Shown here in pieces: positions 9,132 to 19,416 of a DNA stretch of 64,000 nt. A program made the translations under genes and the position numbers. Source of the stretch: an uncultured Bacteroidales bacterium (GTDB lineage: Bacteria > Bacteroidota > Bacteroidia > Bacteroidales > UBA932); NCBI GenBank assembly GCA_944325765.1, contig CALVBH010000083.1:3064-67063 (forward strand), given 5' to 3'. The notes under the pieces are model-generated. The model worked only from the letters and a program-made list of their open reading frames with translations, was not told the origin of the DNA and did not search any database. Numbering within the stretch: position 1 is the stretch's first letter; the number at the start of each line of letters is the position of its first letter.

Positions 9132-10928
9132 ATGAAAAGAATCATCAGACAATATTTGCCGCTCCTGGCAGCGGTTGCCACTGCCGGAGCAATGATATTT
9201 TCCCCTTCCTGCGCCAATACCACCACTCCGCCGAGCGGCGGTCCCAAGGATACAATTCCTCCTGTACTGGTCAAATATTTCCCTCTGCCGGGAGACACGA
9301 TGGTGACAAGGCACAAGACCCAGCTGAGCCTGACCTTCGATGAATTCGTGGTAGTGAAGGATATGCAGAGCCTCTTTCTCTCCCCTCCTTTGGATAAGAC
9401 GCCGAAATACAAAATCAGAAACAAGAGCGTCATAGTGTATTTCGAATCCGACCTCGATTCGAACAAGACATACGTCCTGGACGTGACGAACGCCATCGCC
9501 GACAACAACGAAGGCAATATGTTCCCAGGCTATGCCCTGGTCTTCTCGACCGGGAAGCACATAGATTCGATGATGGTTTCCGGCATAGTACAGGACTGCA
9601 ATACGCTGATGCCGGTAAAAGGGGCTACCGTGATGCTGTACAAGGACCATTCGGACTCGGCCCTGTTCAAGCACAGGCCTGATGCGGCCATAAAGACGGA
9701 TGACTGGGGCTACTTCTGCCTGAGAAACATACAGGACACCGTATACCGGATGTATGCCATTATGGATATGAACAACAACAACATCTACGAGGCCGACAAC
9801 GAGCAGGTGGCTTTCATCGATACGCTTGTACGTCCTGTGATAAAGGTGAACGATTCCCTGCCGGAGCTGCAGAAGTATCTGATGACCGATACGGTTGCCT
9901 GCCTTGCCAGAAAAGCCGAATACGAGCTGAACCTGTTCAAGGAAGTGCCGTCCAAGCAGATGATTGTCAACTACGAACGTCTCGGCGAAAGAACAGCCTA
10001 CGTCACGTTTATGGCCCCTTATGCCGAAATAGATTCCATCTGGATCAAGGGACTGCCGGAGGGAAAGCTTATAACACAGTTCAATCTCGAACGGGACAGT
10101 CTGGAAATATGGGTAAACGACCCGAAGCCGCAGCCGGACACCTTCTTCCTGAACGTGAACTATCTGAAAACGGATACGCTCGGGAAACTCGTCCCGACTA
10201 CCGATGAAATAAAACTGACAAAACCGCGCAAGGCGGCCTTGGCGAAGAGCGCCAGGACGGATGTCAAGAAAGAGGATACCACGGCCGTCTTTACCATAGA
10301 TGCGAAGCCTGAAAATGTGGAACAGTACGGTTTCGTACTGGAGTTCAAGTATCCGCTCGTGAAAACGGCCTTCGACTCGCTGGAATTCAGGTATCTGAAC
10401 CCGAAACAACAGGAATTCACCGATACGTACACAGTCGAGCAGGACAGTCTGAATCTCAGGAAATACGTAGTGCGTCCGGCATCCAAGCTGCTCCCGGGAT
10501 ACGAATACTTCCTGAAGGTCCCGCACCGTAAGTTTACGGATATCAACGGATTCTACAACGACAGTTCGGAAGTCAAGGTCATGCTGCCAAACGATGACAA
10601 ACTCAGTTCGCTTACTCTGGTCCTGAATGATGTGAACAACAAATACATCATAGACCTGCTGAACGAAAAAAGGGACAATACCCTGCGCTCCTTCATTGTC
10701 GACCGCGACACTTCCCTGCTCTTCCCTTACATAACTGCCGGGAAATATTCCATCCGCCTCACCGAAGACCTGAACAGGAACGGCCTGGTGGATACCGGAA
10801 ACCTTCTGGAGCACAAACAGCCTGAGAAAGTGAAGTTCTTCAGGCTCGATGACGGGAATTTCCTGATCGACATACCGGAAATGACGGAACTTGAACAGAC
10901 CATTGATGTGGGAGAACTGTTCAGATAA
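9132..10928 (+). CDS. Ig-like (Big_5) domain outer-membrane lipoprotein
   Basis: Lipobox SPSC followed by ANTTTPPSGGPKDTIPP, FDEFV, IADNNEGN, DTGNLLEHKQPE; a conserved Bacteroidetes family. Confidence 0.8.
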   Translation: MKRIIRQYLPLLAAVATAGAMIFSPSCANTTTPPSGGPKDTIPPVLVKYFPLPGDTMVTRHKTQLSLTFDEFVVVKDMQSLFLSPPLDKTPKYKIRNKSVIVYFESDLDSNKTYVLDVTNAIADNNEGNMFPGYALVFSTGKHIDSMMVSGIVQDCNTLMPVKGATVMLYKDHSDSALFKHRPDAAIKTDDWGYFCLRNIQDTVYRMYAIMDMNNNNIYEADNEQVAFIDTLVRPVIKVNDSLPELQKYLMTDTVACLARKAEYELNLFKEVPSKQMIVNYERLGERTAYVTFMAPYAEIDSIWIKGLPEGKLITQFNLERDSLEIWVNDPKPQPDTFFLNVNYLKTDTLGKLVPTTDEIKLTKPRKAALAKSARTDVKKEDTTAVFTIDAKPENVEQYGFVLEFKYPLVKTAFDSLEFRYLNPKQQEFTDTYTVEQDSLNLRKYVVRPASKLLPGYEYFLKVPHRKFTDINGFYNDSSEVKVMLPNDDKLSSLTLVLNDVNNKYIIDLLNEKRDNTLRSFIVDRDTSLLFPYITAGKYSIRLTEDLNRNGLVDTGNLLEHKQPEKVKFFRLDDGNFLIDIPEMTELEQTIDVGELFR

Positions 10929-10940
10929 CGGAACACACGA

Positions 10941-11936
10941 ATGAATGGAATGAAGAAAAAAAACGCGAAGGCAGTCCTGGCCGCTTTTGCCATACTTTCA
11001 GGATATACCTTTCCTGCCCTGGCCCAGGCTCCGCAGGAACAGCTCCCTCAGGGGCTTACTGTCCGGGATGAGGGTCCGGCCAGGCAGGAAACCGTACAGG
11101 ATACCCTTTTTACCGACATTGAGGCTAATATAAAGGATGTGGACATAGAGTCCCTGAGCGACGGCTTCCTGGACAGTCTGAATGTGAACAGGGATATCCG
11201 CATAAACGACTATACCATGATCGGACTGCAGTACGGAATGGGACTGAGCCAGGTAAGCTGGAATCCGTCCATGAAACAGACATTCCGTTTCGTGCCGGTC
11301 AATTTCGGCATTGTATACACCAGATACGGAAAGATGTTCGGCTATATGCCGTACTTCGGCCTGCAGGCAGGACTGTTCTTCGCCCAGGAGGGCTACCAGT
11401 TCGAGAAGGATGAAGACGAGGACTATACCCCTACGGTAGAAGGCGCTACAGGCGCACTGATGAATGTCGTGGAAGTTCCGTTGATGGCCCACTGCCATTT
11501 CGATTTCTGGAAAATGAAGCTGATGGTGAACCTCGGGCTTTTCGGCGGCTACCGGCTGAGCATTACGCGTTACGGAGACGGCGTCCCGGACCATCTGAGA
11601 AATTCGTTTGCCGAGACCGACCGCAGATTCGACTACGGGATCAAGGGCGGCGCCGGGTTCGCGTTCGTATTCGACCCGGTGGAAATCCATTTCACTGCGA
11701 TGTACAAACATTCGTTCGGGACCCTGTATGATCCCGACTACGCCAGCCGGTATTATTACCGTTACGCCTACCCTGCCAATTTCGTCTTTTCGGTCGGAGT
11801 ACATTTCCAGCTCACGAAAAGGGTGGGAAAAACCACTCACCAGCTCAGGCGCGAAGCCAGGGAACAACTCGGGCTCATCAGGAGCATCCGCTCCGAAGTA
11901 CAGAACGGCAGTGAAAATGCCGAAGGAACATTTTAA
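10941..11936 (+). CDS. Outer-membrane beta-barrel protein (PorT-like)
   Basis: Signal peptide, amphipathic strands, VEVPLMAH and FDYGIKGGAG motifs. Confidence 0.75.
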   Translation: MNGMKKKNAKAVLAAFAILSGYTFPALAQAPQEQLPQGLTVRDEGPARQETVQDTLFTDIEANIKDVDIESLSDGFLDSLNVNRDIRINDYTMIGLQYGMGLSQVSWNPSMKQTFRFVPVNFGIVYTRYGKMFGYMPYFGLQAGLFFAQEGYQFEKDEDEDYTPTVEGATGALMNVVEVPLMAHCHFDFWKMKLMVNLGLFGGYRLSITRYGDGVPDHLRNSFAETDRRFDYGIKGGAGFAFVFDPVEIHFTAMYKHSFGTLYDPDYASRYYYRYAYPANFVFSVGVHFQLTKRVGKTTHQLRREAREQLGLIRSIRSEVQNGSENAEGTF

Positions 11937-11946
11937 TTCCGGAACT

Positions 11947-13287
11947 ATGCAGACCAGAGAAGTAAGAATCGGAAATACAGTGATGGGTGGAGGACACCCG
12001 ATAGTGGTCCAGACCATGTGCAACACGCATACTTCGGACATCGAAGCATCCGTAGCGCAATGCCGCAGAATGGTTCAGGCGGGAGCGCAGATGATAAGGC
12101 TTACCGTTCCTACTCCGGCTGACGTGGAAGCGCTTGCGGAAATACGGAAAAGACTCAGGAGCGAAGGCATCGGGACTCCGTTGGTGGCAGACGTGCATTT
12201 CTCTTCCGAGATAGCCATAGCGGCCGCACGGGTAGTGGAGAAAGTCAGGATAAATCCGGGAAATTTCCACAGAAACCACGAGGAAGCCTGCGCACAGCTG
12301 TCCCGCCTCATAAGGGTCAGCAAGGAATGCGGGACAGCCGTCAGAATCGGGCTGAACCATGGCTCGCTCGGGGAGAGAATAACATCCCTTTACGGCAATA
12401 CGCCGGCCGCCATGAAAGAGGCGGCCATGGAATGGATAAATCTCTGCGTTGAAAACGATTTCTACGACATCGTGGTGTCCCTCAAGGCAAGTAACACGAT
12501 AGTTATGGTAGAGGCCTATCGTCTTCTGGCTCAGGCGATGCAGGAAAAAGGGCTCGTTTTCCCCCTGCATCTCGGCGTTACCGAGGCCGGGAACGGGGAT
12601 TCGGGGCGGATAAAGTCGGCGGTCGGCATTTCCACCCTGCTGTCTGAGGGTATCGGAGATACGGTACGCGTGTCCCTGACAGAAGATCCGGTAAATGAAA
12701 TACCCGTAGCGCAATACCTTGCCGACAGATACGGAGGAAAACTGCATTCTTCCCTGTGCAAGGTTTCCATAGAGGGGACATCACCGAAGGCAGTCGCGAC
12801 ATACGCCGCCCCGTCGAGAGAAAGGCTTATGCTGGATATGGCATGCGACTTCGGGAAAATGCTTCTGGACAGAAAAATCGACGGCGTGGAACTGAGAGGC
12901 AGCTATAAGGATGAAAACGGAAGGGAAAAGATTCTGGATGGTACGGATGAAGCCTTGTATTTTGCGGACGAACTGCTGCAGGCTGCCAGAAGGCGTTTCT
13001 ACAAGCCGGAATACGTAGCCTGCCCCGGATGCGGACGTACCATGTATGACCTGGAATCCACCTTCAATGAAGTCAAGCGCAGGACCGCACACCTGAAAGG
13101 CATGGTAATAGCCGTAATGGGCTGTATCGTGAACGGCCCGGGTGAAATGGCCGACGCAGACTGGGGGTATGTCGGAGAAGGCGGCCACAAGGTGACGATT
13201 TACAGGAAAAAGACTCCGGTACTCAGACACGTACCGGATACCGAGGCCATAGACAGGCTGCTCGAACTCATAGAAAATCAGTCCTGA
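11947..13287 (+). CDS. ispG: (E)-4-hydroxy-3-methylbut-2-enyl-diphosphate synthase
   Basis: VQTM, PLVADVHF, RINPGN, RIGLNHGSL, HLGVTEAG, CPGCGR, GCIVNGPGE. Start at 11947 (alternative 11917). Confidence 0.96.
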   Translation: MQTREVRIGNTVMGGGHPIVVQTMCNTHTSDIEASVAQCRRMVQAGAQMIRLTVPTPADVEALAEIRKRLRSEGIGTPLVADVHFSSEIAIAAARVVEKVRINPGNFHRNHEEACAQLSRLIRVSKECGTAVRIGLNHGSLGERITSLYGNTPAAMKEAAMEWINLCVENDFYDIVVSLKASNTIVMVEAYRLLAQAMQEKGLVFPLHLGVTEAGNGDSGRIKSAVGISTLLSEGIGDTVRVSLTEDPVNEIPVAQYLADRYGGKLHSSLCKVSIEGTSPKAVATYAAPSRERLMLDMACDFGKMLLDRKIDGVELRGSYKDENGREKILDGTDEALYFADELLQAARRRFYKPEYVACPGCGRTMYDLESTFNEVKRRTAHLKGMVIAVMGCIVNGPGEMADADWGYVGEGGHKVTIYRKKTPVLRHVPDTEAIDRLLELIENQS

Positions 13288-14591
13288 CCGTCATCCCCGG
13301 ACTCTTCCGCAGCGGCGGACCCCGTTTTCTTGACTATGACCTTGTCGATACGGGCTCCGTCCATATCCACGACTTCGAACTGGAATTCTCCCCAGTTGAC
13401 TTTTTCTCCTGCCACAGGCATGTGGTCGAGTTCATCGAGGATGAGTCCGGCTACGGTAGTATATTCGAAATCCTCCATGGAATCTTCGATGTCGAAATGT
13501 CTCAGGAAATCGTACATCGGGCACATTCCGTCCACCAGCCAGCCGTCATTGCCGCCTCTGGCCACGATATCGGGCTCTTCATGGTCATCGTTGATATTGC
13601 CCACGAGGGCTTCCATAATATCCTTTAGGGTGATTATACCCGAGCAGGAACCGAATTCGTCGCAGACGAGGGCGCGGCTGATTTTCTTCTCCTTCATCTG
13701 TTCGAGAACGGTATATACATTCATGTTCTCATGGAAATAAACCGGCTCCTTCATCATCTTTTTCAGATCGAGGTCGCCGTCCTTTCCGATATTCAGCACA
13801 TAGTCCTTAAGGGAAAGCACTCCTACAACATGGTCGAGGTCGTCTTCCACTACCGGATATTCCTCGAAGATATTGCCCTCTATGGTCTCCCTTATTTCGT
13901 TCCCCGTCATTTCAAGGCTGAGCCATACTATATCGGCGCGAAGGGTCATAATGGTGCTCACTTTCAGGTCTCCGAGAGCGAAAACCCTTTCCACGAGGTC
14001 CTGTTCTACAGGCGAGACTTCCCCTTCATCTGTACCTTCCTGGATTATCGACTTGATTTCCTCTTCCGTCACCTTGGCTTCCTGGTATTTTATCCCCAGC
14101 ATTTTCACTATCAGGGAAGTGGTTCTGGCCAGCAGCCATACGAACGGCGCAGCCACCACCGATATGAACTTCATCGGACGGGCCACTATCTTCGATACCT
14201 TCTCGGCTGAACTCATGGCGATTCTTTTCGGGACCAGTTCGCCGAAAATCAGGGTGAGGAACATCACGAGGATAACGATGATGGCTTTGGCAAGCGCACT
14301 CGCACCCGATGCCGCCATCCCGGCATTCTGAAGAAGGGCAGAAAGTTCCGCAGCTATCTTGTTGCCGGAGAAAATACCGGTAAGGATACCTATGAGAGTG
14401 ATTCCCACCTGAACTGCCGACAGAAACCTGTCCGGATCCTGAGCGAGGTTCAAGGCCGTTTTTGCAGCCTTGCTGCCTTTGTTCGCGTCAGTCTGAAGGC
14501 TTGATTTCCGTGCCGAAATGATGGCAATCTCGGACATGGCGAAGACGCCGTTCAAAAGAATGAGAAATAAGATTATAAAAAGTTCTTCCAT
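13278..14591 (-). CDS. Hemolysin-family CNNM/CBS/CorC protein (Mg2+/Co2+ transport)
   Basis: NGVFAMSEIA, FGELVPK, CBS pair (DEFG...TLKDIME), C-terminal CorC domain. Confidence 0.9.
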   Translation of the reverse strand: MEELFIILFLILLNGVFAMSEIAIISARKSSLQTDANKGSKAAKTALNLAQDPDRFLSAVQVGITLIGILTGIFSGNKIAAELSALLQNAGMAASGASALAKAIIVILVMFLTLIFGELVPKRIAMSSAEKVSKIVARPMKFISVVAAPFVWLLARTTSLIVKMLGIKYQEAKVTEEEIKSIIQEGTDEGEVSPVEQDLVERVFALGDLKVSTIMTLRADIVWLSLEMTGNEIRETIEGNIFEEYPVVEDDLDHVVGVLSLKDYVLNIGKDGDLDLKKMMKEPVYFHENMNVYTVLEQMKEKKISRALVCDEFGSCSGIITLKDIMEALVGNINDDHEEPDIVARGGNDGWLVDGMCPMYDFLRHFDIEDSMEDFEYTTVAGLILDELDHMPVAGEKVNWGEFQFEVVDMDGARIDKVIVKKTGSAAAEESGDDGQD

Positions 14592-14592
14592 A

Positions 14593-15252
14593 TCACTTTC
14601 CGCCCAAATGAGCTATTACTGTTTCGCAGGCCCGGACTTCATCGCCGAGCTTTACCCTTATGTCCGCATCCAGCGGCAGATACATGTCGATACGGGAGCC
14701 GAACTTGATGATTCCGCACTGTTTTCCCCGCACCCCGTCTTTCCCGACTTCCGCATAGCACTCTATCCTCCGGCAGAACGTTCCGGCCAGCTGCTTGAAG
14801 AACACTTCTCCGGCTTCGTTCTCTACGCAAACGGAAGTATGCTCGTTCAGTTCAGAGGCCTTCGGCAGGAATGCCAGAAAATATTTGCCCGGATGATATC
14901 TGTAATATGTCACCTTGCCGCTTATCGGCCAGAAATTCACATGCACGTTGAAAAAATCCATGTAAATGGATACCTGCATACAGTCGCGCTTCAGGAACTC
15001 GGGTTCGAAAACACGGTCGAGCACCACGATTTCCCCGTCGGCTACCGCGGTTACCAGTCCCTCGCCGTCCGGAATCCTCCTGGAAGGGACCCTGAAAAAG
15101 AAGATGACGAAGCCCATGAAGAAAAATATGAGGGCAAAAAGCGGATACGACACGAAGCGGCAGTCGATGAAATGCTGTATAAGATATATCAGCAGAATCG
15201 AAACCGCCCAGATCGCAGAAATAATTCTCCATCCGCCCCGATGTATCGTCAT
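14593..15252 (-). CDS. psd: Phosphatidylserine decarboxylase proenzyme
   Basis: FFR.P, ADG, NVHVN, NEH, FGSRID self-cleavage motif. Confidence 0.93.
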   Translation of the reverse strand: MTIHRGGWRIISAIWAVSILLIYLIQHFIDCRFVSYPLFALIFFFMGFVIFFFRVPSRRIPDGEGLVTAVADGEIVVLDRVFEPEFLKRDCMQVSIYMDFFNVHVNFWPISGKVTYYRYHPGKYFLAFLPKASELNEHTSVCVENEAGEVFFKQLAGTFCRRIECYAEVGKDGVRGKQCGIIKFGSRIDMYLPLDADIRVKLGDEVRACETVIAHLGGK

Positions 15253-15275
15253 GTCCGTTAAAATTTACTAATCGG

Positions 15276-15283
15276 CAAAGTTA
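15276..15283 (-). promoter_or_regulatory. -7 promoter box TAACTTTG for psd
   Basis: TAnnTTTG consensus upstream of the ATG. Confidence 0.6.
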
Positions 15284-15340
15284 TGAAATTTTATGGAATC
15301 CCCGAAATAAAATCCTTTCCGCCACCTCAAGACCGCCACC

Positions 15341-16171
15341 TCAAATGACATTGACTACGAGAAGATACATGATTCCGACAGGTATGGCGAGGAGCGCGCT
15401 GTCCATCCTGTCGAGAAAGCCCCCATGTCCCGGCATTATGGAGCCTGAATCCTTGACGGCGTAATATCGCTTCCACTGCGACTCTATGAGGTCTCCGTAT
15501 ACTCCGAAGATATTCATCAACGCCGCCAGAACGGCGCAATGCCATACCGGATAGGCCAGAAGTCCCGTATAATGCAGGACCACGCCTGCAGCTATCGCCA
15601 GAACGAAACCGCCCCAGAAACCTATCCAGGATTTTTTAGGCGACACTTCCGGAAAAAGCCGGCCACCGAATCTCTGTCCCAATGCCATTCCGAAAACGTA
15701 GGCCCCGATATCCGATGCCCAGACTATGATGAAAAAACACAGGAGCAGCCGTCCCGAATATGCTCCGGACGGACTGAAAACCGCGAAATTCGTCATTGCC
15801 ACCGGCACTGCGATATAGAGTATGGCCGTATACAGGTTCGCGAATTTGCCGAAATCAGTCTTGTCCCTGACATAGAGAGAATTTATCATCACTATGAATA
15901 TCGGGATAATGGACAGGACGACCAGTCTTCCGGGGAAATTGAAGCCTCTGTACAGCCAGGTAAGCAGGAAAAGTACTACTGCGGCCGCTATCGACAGAAT
16001 CTGGGAAAAGAGGTATTCCCCTCTCATGGTCATACGGTAGAACTCAAGCATCAGAACCACCATCAGGGCTATCATCAGGACACCGAAGGTAAATTTGTTC
16101 AGAAGGATGCAGAGAGTGACGCCAGCTACGAAACCTGCGCCTGTCAATGTTCTGATAATCAGATTTTTCAT
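15341..16171 (-). CDS. cdsA: Phosphatidate cytidylyltransferase
   Basis: SPKKSWIG, GDLIESQWKR...KDSGSIMPGHGGFLDRMDS. Confidence 0.95.
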   Translation of the reverse strand: MKNLIIRTLTGAGFVAGVTLCILLNKFTFGVLMIALMVVLMLEFYRMTMRGEYLFSQILSIAAAVVLFLLTWLYRGFNFPGRLVVLSIIPIFIVMINSLYVRDKTDFGKFANLYTAILYIAVPVAMTNFAVFSPSGAYSGRLLLCFFIIVWASDIGAYVFGMALGQRFGGRLFPEVSPKKSWIGFWGGFVLAIAAGVVLHYTGLLAYPVWHCAVLAALMNIFGVYGDLIESQWKRYYAVKDSGSIMPGHGGFLDRMDSALLAIPVGIMYLLVVNVI

Positions 16172-16176
16172 AAGGG

Positions 16177-18117
16177 TCAGACTTCTTCTTCGGATTTATG
16201 TCCGGCACGCGGTCCGAAAATTCTTTCCATATCGTCGGCGAAAATCACTTCCTTTTCCAGAAGCAGGGCGGCAAGTTCCAGGAATTTGTCCTTGTTTTCC
16301 ATAAGGATGGCGTAAGTCCTGTCATGGATTCTGTTTATGAGCGACTTGACTTCCTCGTCTATCAGTTCCGCCGTCTTTTCGCTGTAGGGCTTGCTGAGTT
16401 CATATCCGCGCGAGCCCGTAGAATCGAAATAGGATACAGTACCAACCTTTTCGCTCATACCGTAGTATACAACCATGGCGTATGCCGACTTGGTCAGGCG
16501 TTCGAGGTCGTTCAGGGCACCGGTAGACGGCTGTCCGTTCACAATTTCTTCTGCCACGCGGCCTCCTATGAGGGAGCACATCTGGTCGAGCATCTGGTCG
16601 CGGGTTTCGAGCTGCCTTTCCTCCGGCAGATACCAGGCTGCACCTAAAGCCTGTCCTCTCGGGACGATGGTCACCTTGAAAAGCGGATTCGCATTAGGCA
16701 GAAGCCAGCTGACAGTCGCATGCCCGGCTTCGTGATGCGCTATGGATTTCTTCTCCTCGGGAGTGATTATCTTGTTCTTCCTCTCCAGGCCACCCACTAT
16801 TCTGTCCACGGCATCGAGGAAATCCTGTCTGTCGATTTCGGTCTTGTTCTTCCGTGCGGCAGTCAGAGCAGCCTCGTTGCAGACATTCGCGATGTCGGCG
16901 CCAGAGAAGCCGGGAGTATGTCTGGCCAGGAAATCGACATCGAAATCCGCAGCCAGTTTCAATCCTTTCAGATGCACCTGGAAAATCGCGCTTCTTTCCT
17001 TCAGGTCCGGAAGGTCGACATGAATCTGCCTGTCGAAACGGCCGGCCCGGAGCAACGCCTTGTCCAGGATATCGGCCCTGTTGGTGGCAGCCAGGATGAT
17101 GACTCCGGAATTCGAATCGAAACCGTCCATTTCCGTAAGCAACTGGTTCAGGGTATTTTCCCTCTCGTCATTGGAAGAGAAGCCGACATTCTTGCTTCTG
17201 GCGCGGCCTACGGCATCTATCTCGTCTATGAACACTATGCACGGCGCCTTTTCCTTCGCCTGGCGGAAAAGGTCCCTTACCCTGGAAGCTCCCACTCCCA
17301 CGAACATTTCCACGAAATCGGAGCCTGAAATCGAGAAGAACGGCACATCAGCCTCCCCCGCCACAGCCTTTGCAAGCAGGGTCTTGCCGGTTCCCGGAGG
17401 ACCTACGAGCAATGCGCCTTTCGGTATTTTGCCACCGAGCGCAGTGTATTTTTTCGGATTTTTCAGGAAATCCACGATTTCCATCACCTCTTCCTTAGCC
17501 CCGTCAAGTCCGGCCACGTCCTTGAAAGTCACTTTCATGCTGCTTTTCTCGGCCAGTTTTCCAGTGGATTTTCCCACGTTGAAAAAGCCTCCCGGGGCAC
17601 CGGGGCCGGCATTACGGTTGAAACCGCGGAACATGAACCACCACATCAGGATGAGAAGGAGCGGGAAAAGTATCCATTCCAGCACCGAACCCCAGACCTT
17701 GTTGTTGTTTTCGATGACGACCCTGAACCTGTCGCTCTCCGGAAGGGAACTGTTCAGTTCTCCGAACATTTCCTCTGCATTGAAGCTTCCGGATACCAGG
17801 AAAAAGAAATGAGGGGACCTGGAAGGAATATTCCCTCCGAACTTGTCGGCATACTTTTCCAGCCTGTCGGGCTTTATGGTCACCCTGCCTTCGTAATCGT
17901 TCCTGATAAAGACGATTTCCTTCACGTCGCCGGCGAGAATCTGCTGCCTCACGTCGTCCCACTCTATTTTCTGAGGATTCGCACCGCCCTGGTTGAAGAA
18001 CATCCATACGATTATCATCAGGATAATCATATATATCCATGAGAAATTGAATCTGAAACCGACGGTCTTTCCGGGATCTTTCCTCCGGCCTCCGCCATTC
18101 ATATTGTCTGTATTCAT
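16177..18117 (-). CDS. ftsH: ATP-dependent zinc metalloprotease FtsH
   Basis: Two TM helices, [13 protein letters not shown], second region of homology, HEAGH. Confidence 0.98.
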   Translation of the reverse strand: MNTDNMNGGGRRKDPGKTVGFRFNFSWIYMIILMIIVWMFFNQGGANPQKIEWDDVRQQILAGDVKEIVFIRNDYEGRVTIKPDRLEKYADKFGGNIPSRSPHFFFLVSGSFNAEEMFGELNSSLPESDRFRVVIENNNKVWGSVLEWILFPLLLILMWWFMFRGFNRNAGPGAPGGFFNVGKSTGKLAEKSSMKVTFKDVAGLDGAKEEVMEIVDFLKNPKKYTALGGKIPKGALLVGPPGTGKTLLAKAVAGEADVPFFSISGSDFVEMFVGVGASRVRDLFRQAKEKAPCIVFIDEIDAVGRARSKNVGFSSNDERENTLNQLLTEMDGFDSNSGVIILAATNRADILDKALLRAGRFDRQIHVDLPDLKERSAIFQVHLKGLKLAADFDVDFLARHTPGFSGADIANVCNEAALTAARKNKTEIDRQDFLDAVDRIVGGLERKNKIITPEEKKSIAHHEAGHATVSWLLPNANPLFKVTIVPRGQALGAAWYLPEERQLETRDQMLDQMCSLIGGRVAEEIVNGQPSTGALNDLERLTKSAYAMVVYYGMSEKVGTVSYFDSTGSRGYELSKPYSEKTAELIDEEVKSLINRIHDRTYAILMENKDKFLELAALLLEKEVIFADDMERIFGPRAGHKSEEEV

Positions 18118-18138
18118 CTTGTTTTCCGGGAAATGATA

Positions 18139-18480
18139 TTAAAACTCGCATCTTTCGGCATCCGCCCACAACGCTTCCAGACGATAGAATTCCCTGTACT
18201 GGGTCTGGAAGACATGCACCACGATATCGCCGTAGTCGAGGATTATCCAGAAAGAGTTTTCCCTTCCCTGGGAACGGAGCACTTTCCTTCCGCATTTTTC
18301 GATCATCCTCTCCTCTATGTTGTCGGCTATCGCGTTGACGTTTGTCGTGGAATCAGCGTTGCATACGATAAAGTAGTCGGAAATAGCTGTTCCTATGTTT
18401 CTGAGGTCGAGAGATACGACATCCATTCCCTTTTTTTCCTGCATCGCATCGGCAATGACCTTGATTTCGATGTTATTCAT
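18139..18480 (-). CDS. rsfS: Ribosome silencing factor
   Basis: EKKG.DV, WIILDYGDIVVHVF, FYRLEALW. Confidence 0.95.
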   Translation of the reverse strand: MNNIEIKVIADAMQEKKGMDVVSLDLRNIGTAISDYFIVCNADSTTNVNAIADNIEERMIEKCGRKVLRSQGRENSFWIILDYGDIVVHVFQTQYREFYRLEALWADAERCEF

Positions 18481-18514
18481 CCGATTTTTATGTTAATTTT
18501 ACAATTCAAACGTG

Positions 18515-18522
18515 CAAAGATA
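18515..18522 (-). promoter_or_regulatory. -7 promoter box TATCTTTG for the rsfS-ftsH operon
   Basis: TAnnTTTG consensus. Confidence 0.7.
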
Positions 18523-18573
18523 CTAAAAAGGCTTGCGCAGAGCAAATGTATTTTATATTCAAAATCCGCACCA

Positions 18574-19416
18574 ATGGAAAGGACATACAGGACAGAGTGG
18601 CATGACAGCCTCGATTCGACCAACAGCGAAGCCCTCAGACGCAGCGCCGGACTCGGACACCTGACCGTAATCGCCGCACGCAGGCAGACGGCCGGCCGGG
18701 GGCAGAGGGGGAACAGATGGCTCTCCGCCGAGGGGGAAAACCTGACATTCAGCATTTTTCTGCGCTTCTCCGGCCGGGGACAGGCAGACACGGCCGGATG
18801 CCCCGCCCTGAAAGCCTCGGGACAGTTCTTTATCAGTGAAGCGGCTGCCATAGCACAATGCCGCTTCCTGTCCCGTTACGGCATACAGACCCGTATCAAG
18901 TGGCCGAACGACATCTATGCGGGAGACAGGAAAATATCGGGGATGCTGGTGGAAAACTCCCTGTCGGGAGAGAATGTCCGCACATCCGTCATAGGAATAG
19001 GTCTGAACGTAAACCAGACGGAATTTCCTCCGGAATTGCCGAATCCTGTATCGATGGCCCTGCTGACAGGGGAAAAATACGGAATCGAATCCCTTCTCGA
19101 CGGGTTCATGGATGAATTTACCGGATGCATGGCACTTATAGAGGATCCCGCCGGCATCCGGGGCATCTACGAGTCGTTGATGTACCGGATTGGGACGGTC
19201 AGCCGCTTCTGCGACCTATCGGGCCGGCCAGCATGGCTGCCTGCCAATGCCATTGTCCGGGAGCGGTGCACCGGTCCGGATATGTCCGACGGGAACAACG
19301 GGCCTGAATTCGACGGCATAATCAGGGGAATAACCGAAGACGGACGGCTTGAAATCAGTCTCGGCCAGGGAATTACCGGAACCTTCGGCTTCAAGGAGAT
19401 AGCATTCGTAATCTAA
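18574..19416 (+). CDS. birA: Biotin--[acetyl-CoA-carboxylase] ligase (no HTH domain)
   Basis: [36 protein letters not shown]. Start set at ATG 18574. Confidence 0.93.
   Translation: MERTYRTEWHDSLDSTNSEALRRSAGLGHLTVIAARRQTAGRGQRGNRWLSAEGENLTFSIFLRFSGRGQADTAGCPALKASGQFFISEAAAIAQCRFLSRYGIQTRIKWPNDIYAGDRKISGMLVENSLSGENVRTSVIGIGLNVNQTEFPPELPNPVSMALLTGEKYGIESLLDGFMDEFTGCMALIEDPAGIRGIYESLMYRIGTVSRFCDLSGRPAWLPANAIVRERCTGPDMSDGNNGPEFDGIIRGITEDGRLEISLGQGITGTFGFKEIAFVI

Noticed and set aside
9021-10814. 597-aa antisense ORF, and other long antisense ORFs (7210-8208, 26119-27315, 33110-34231, 42542-43966)
   Set aside because: They mirror well-supported genes on the opposite strand and have no motifs. 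Strong C/G-ending codon bias explains the lack of stops.
11608-11946. N-terminal extension of IspG (likewise the extensions of BirA 18133-18573, AraC 34286-34501 and NamZ 38984-39112)
   Set aside because: These come from longest-ORF calling. They overlap neighbouring genes or promoters, and the family motifs begin at downstream ATGs.
13278-14591. 'Hemolysin' as a virulence factor
   Set aside because: The CNNM/CBS/CorC architecture is a housekeeping divalent-cation transport family.
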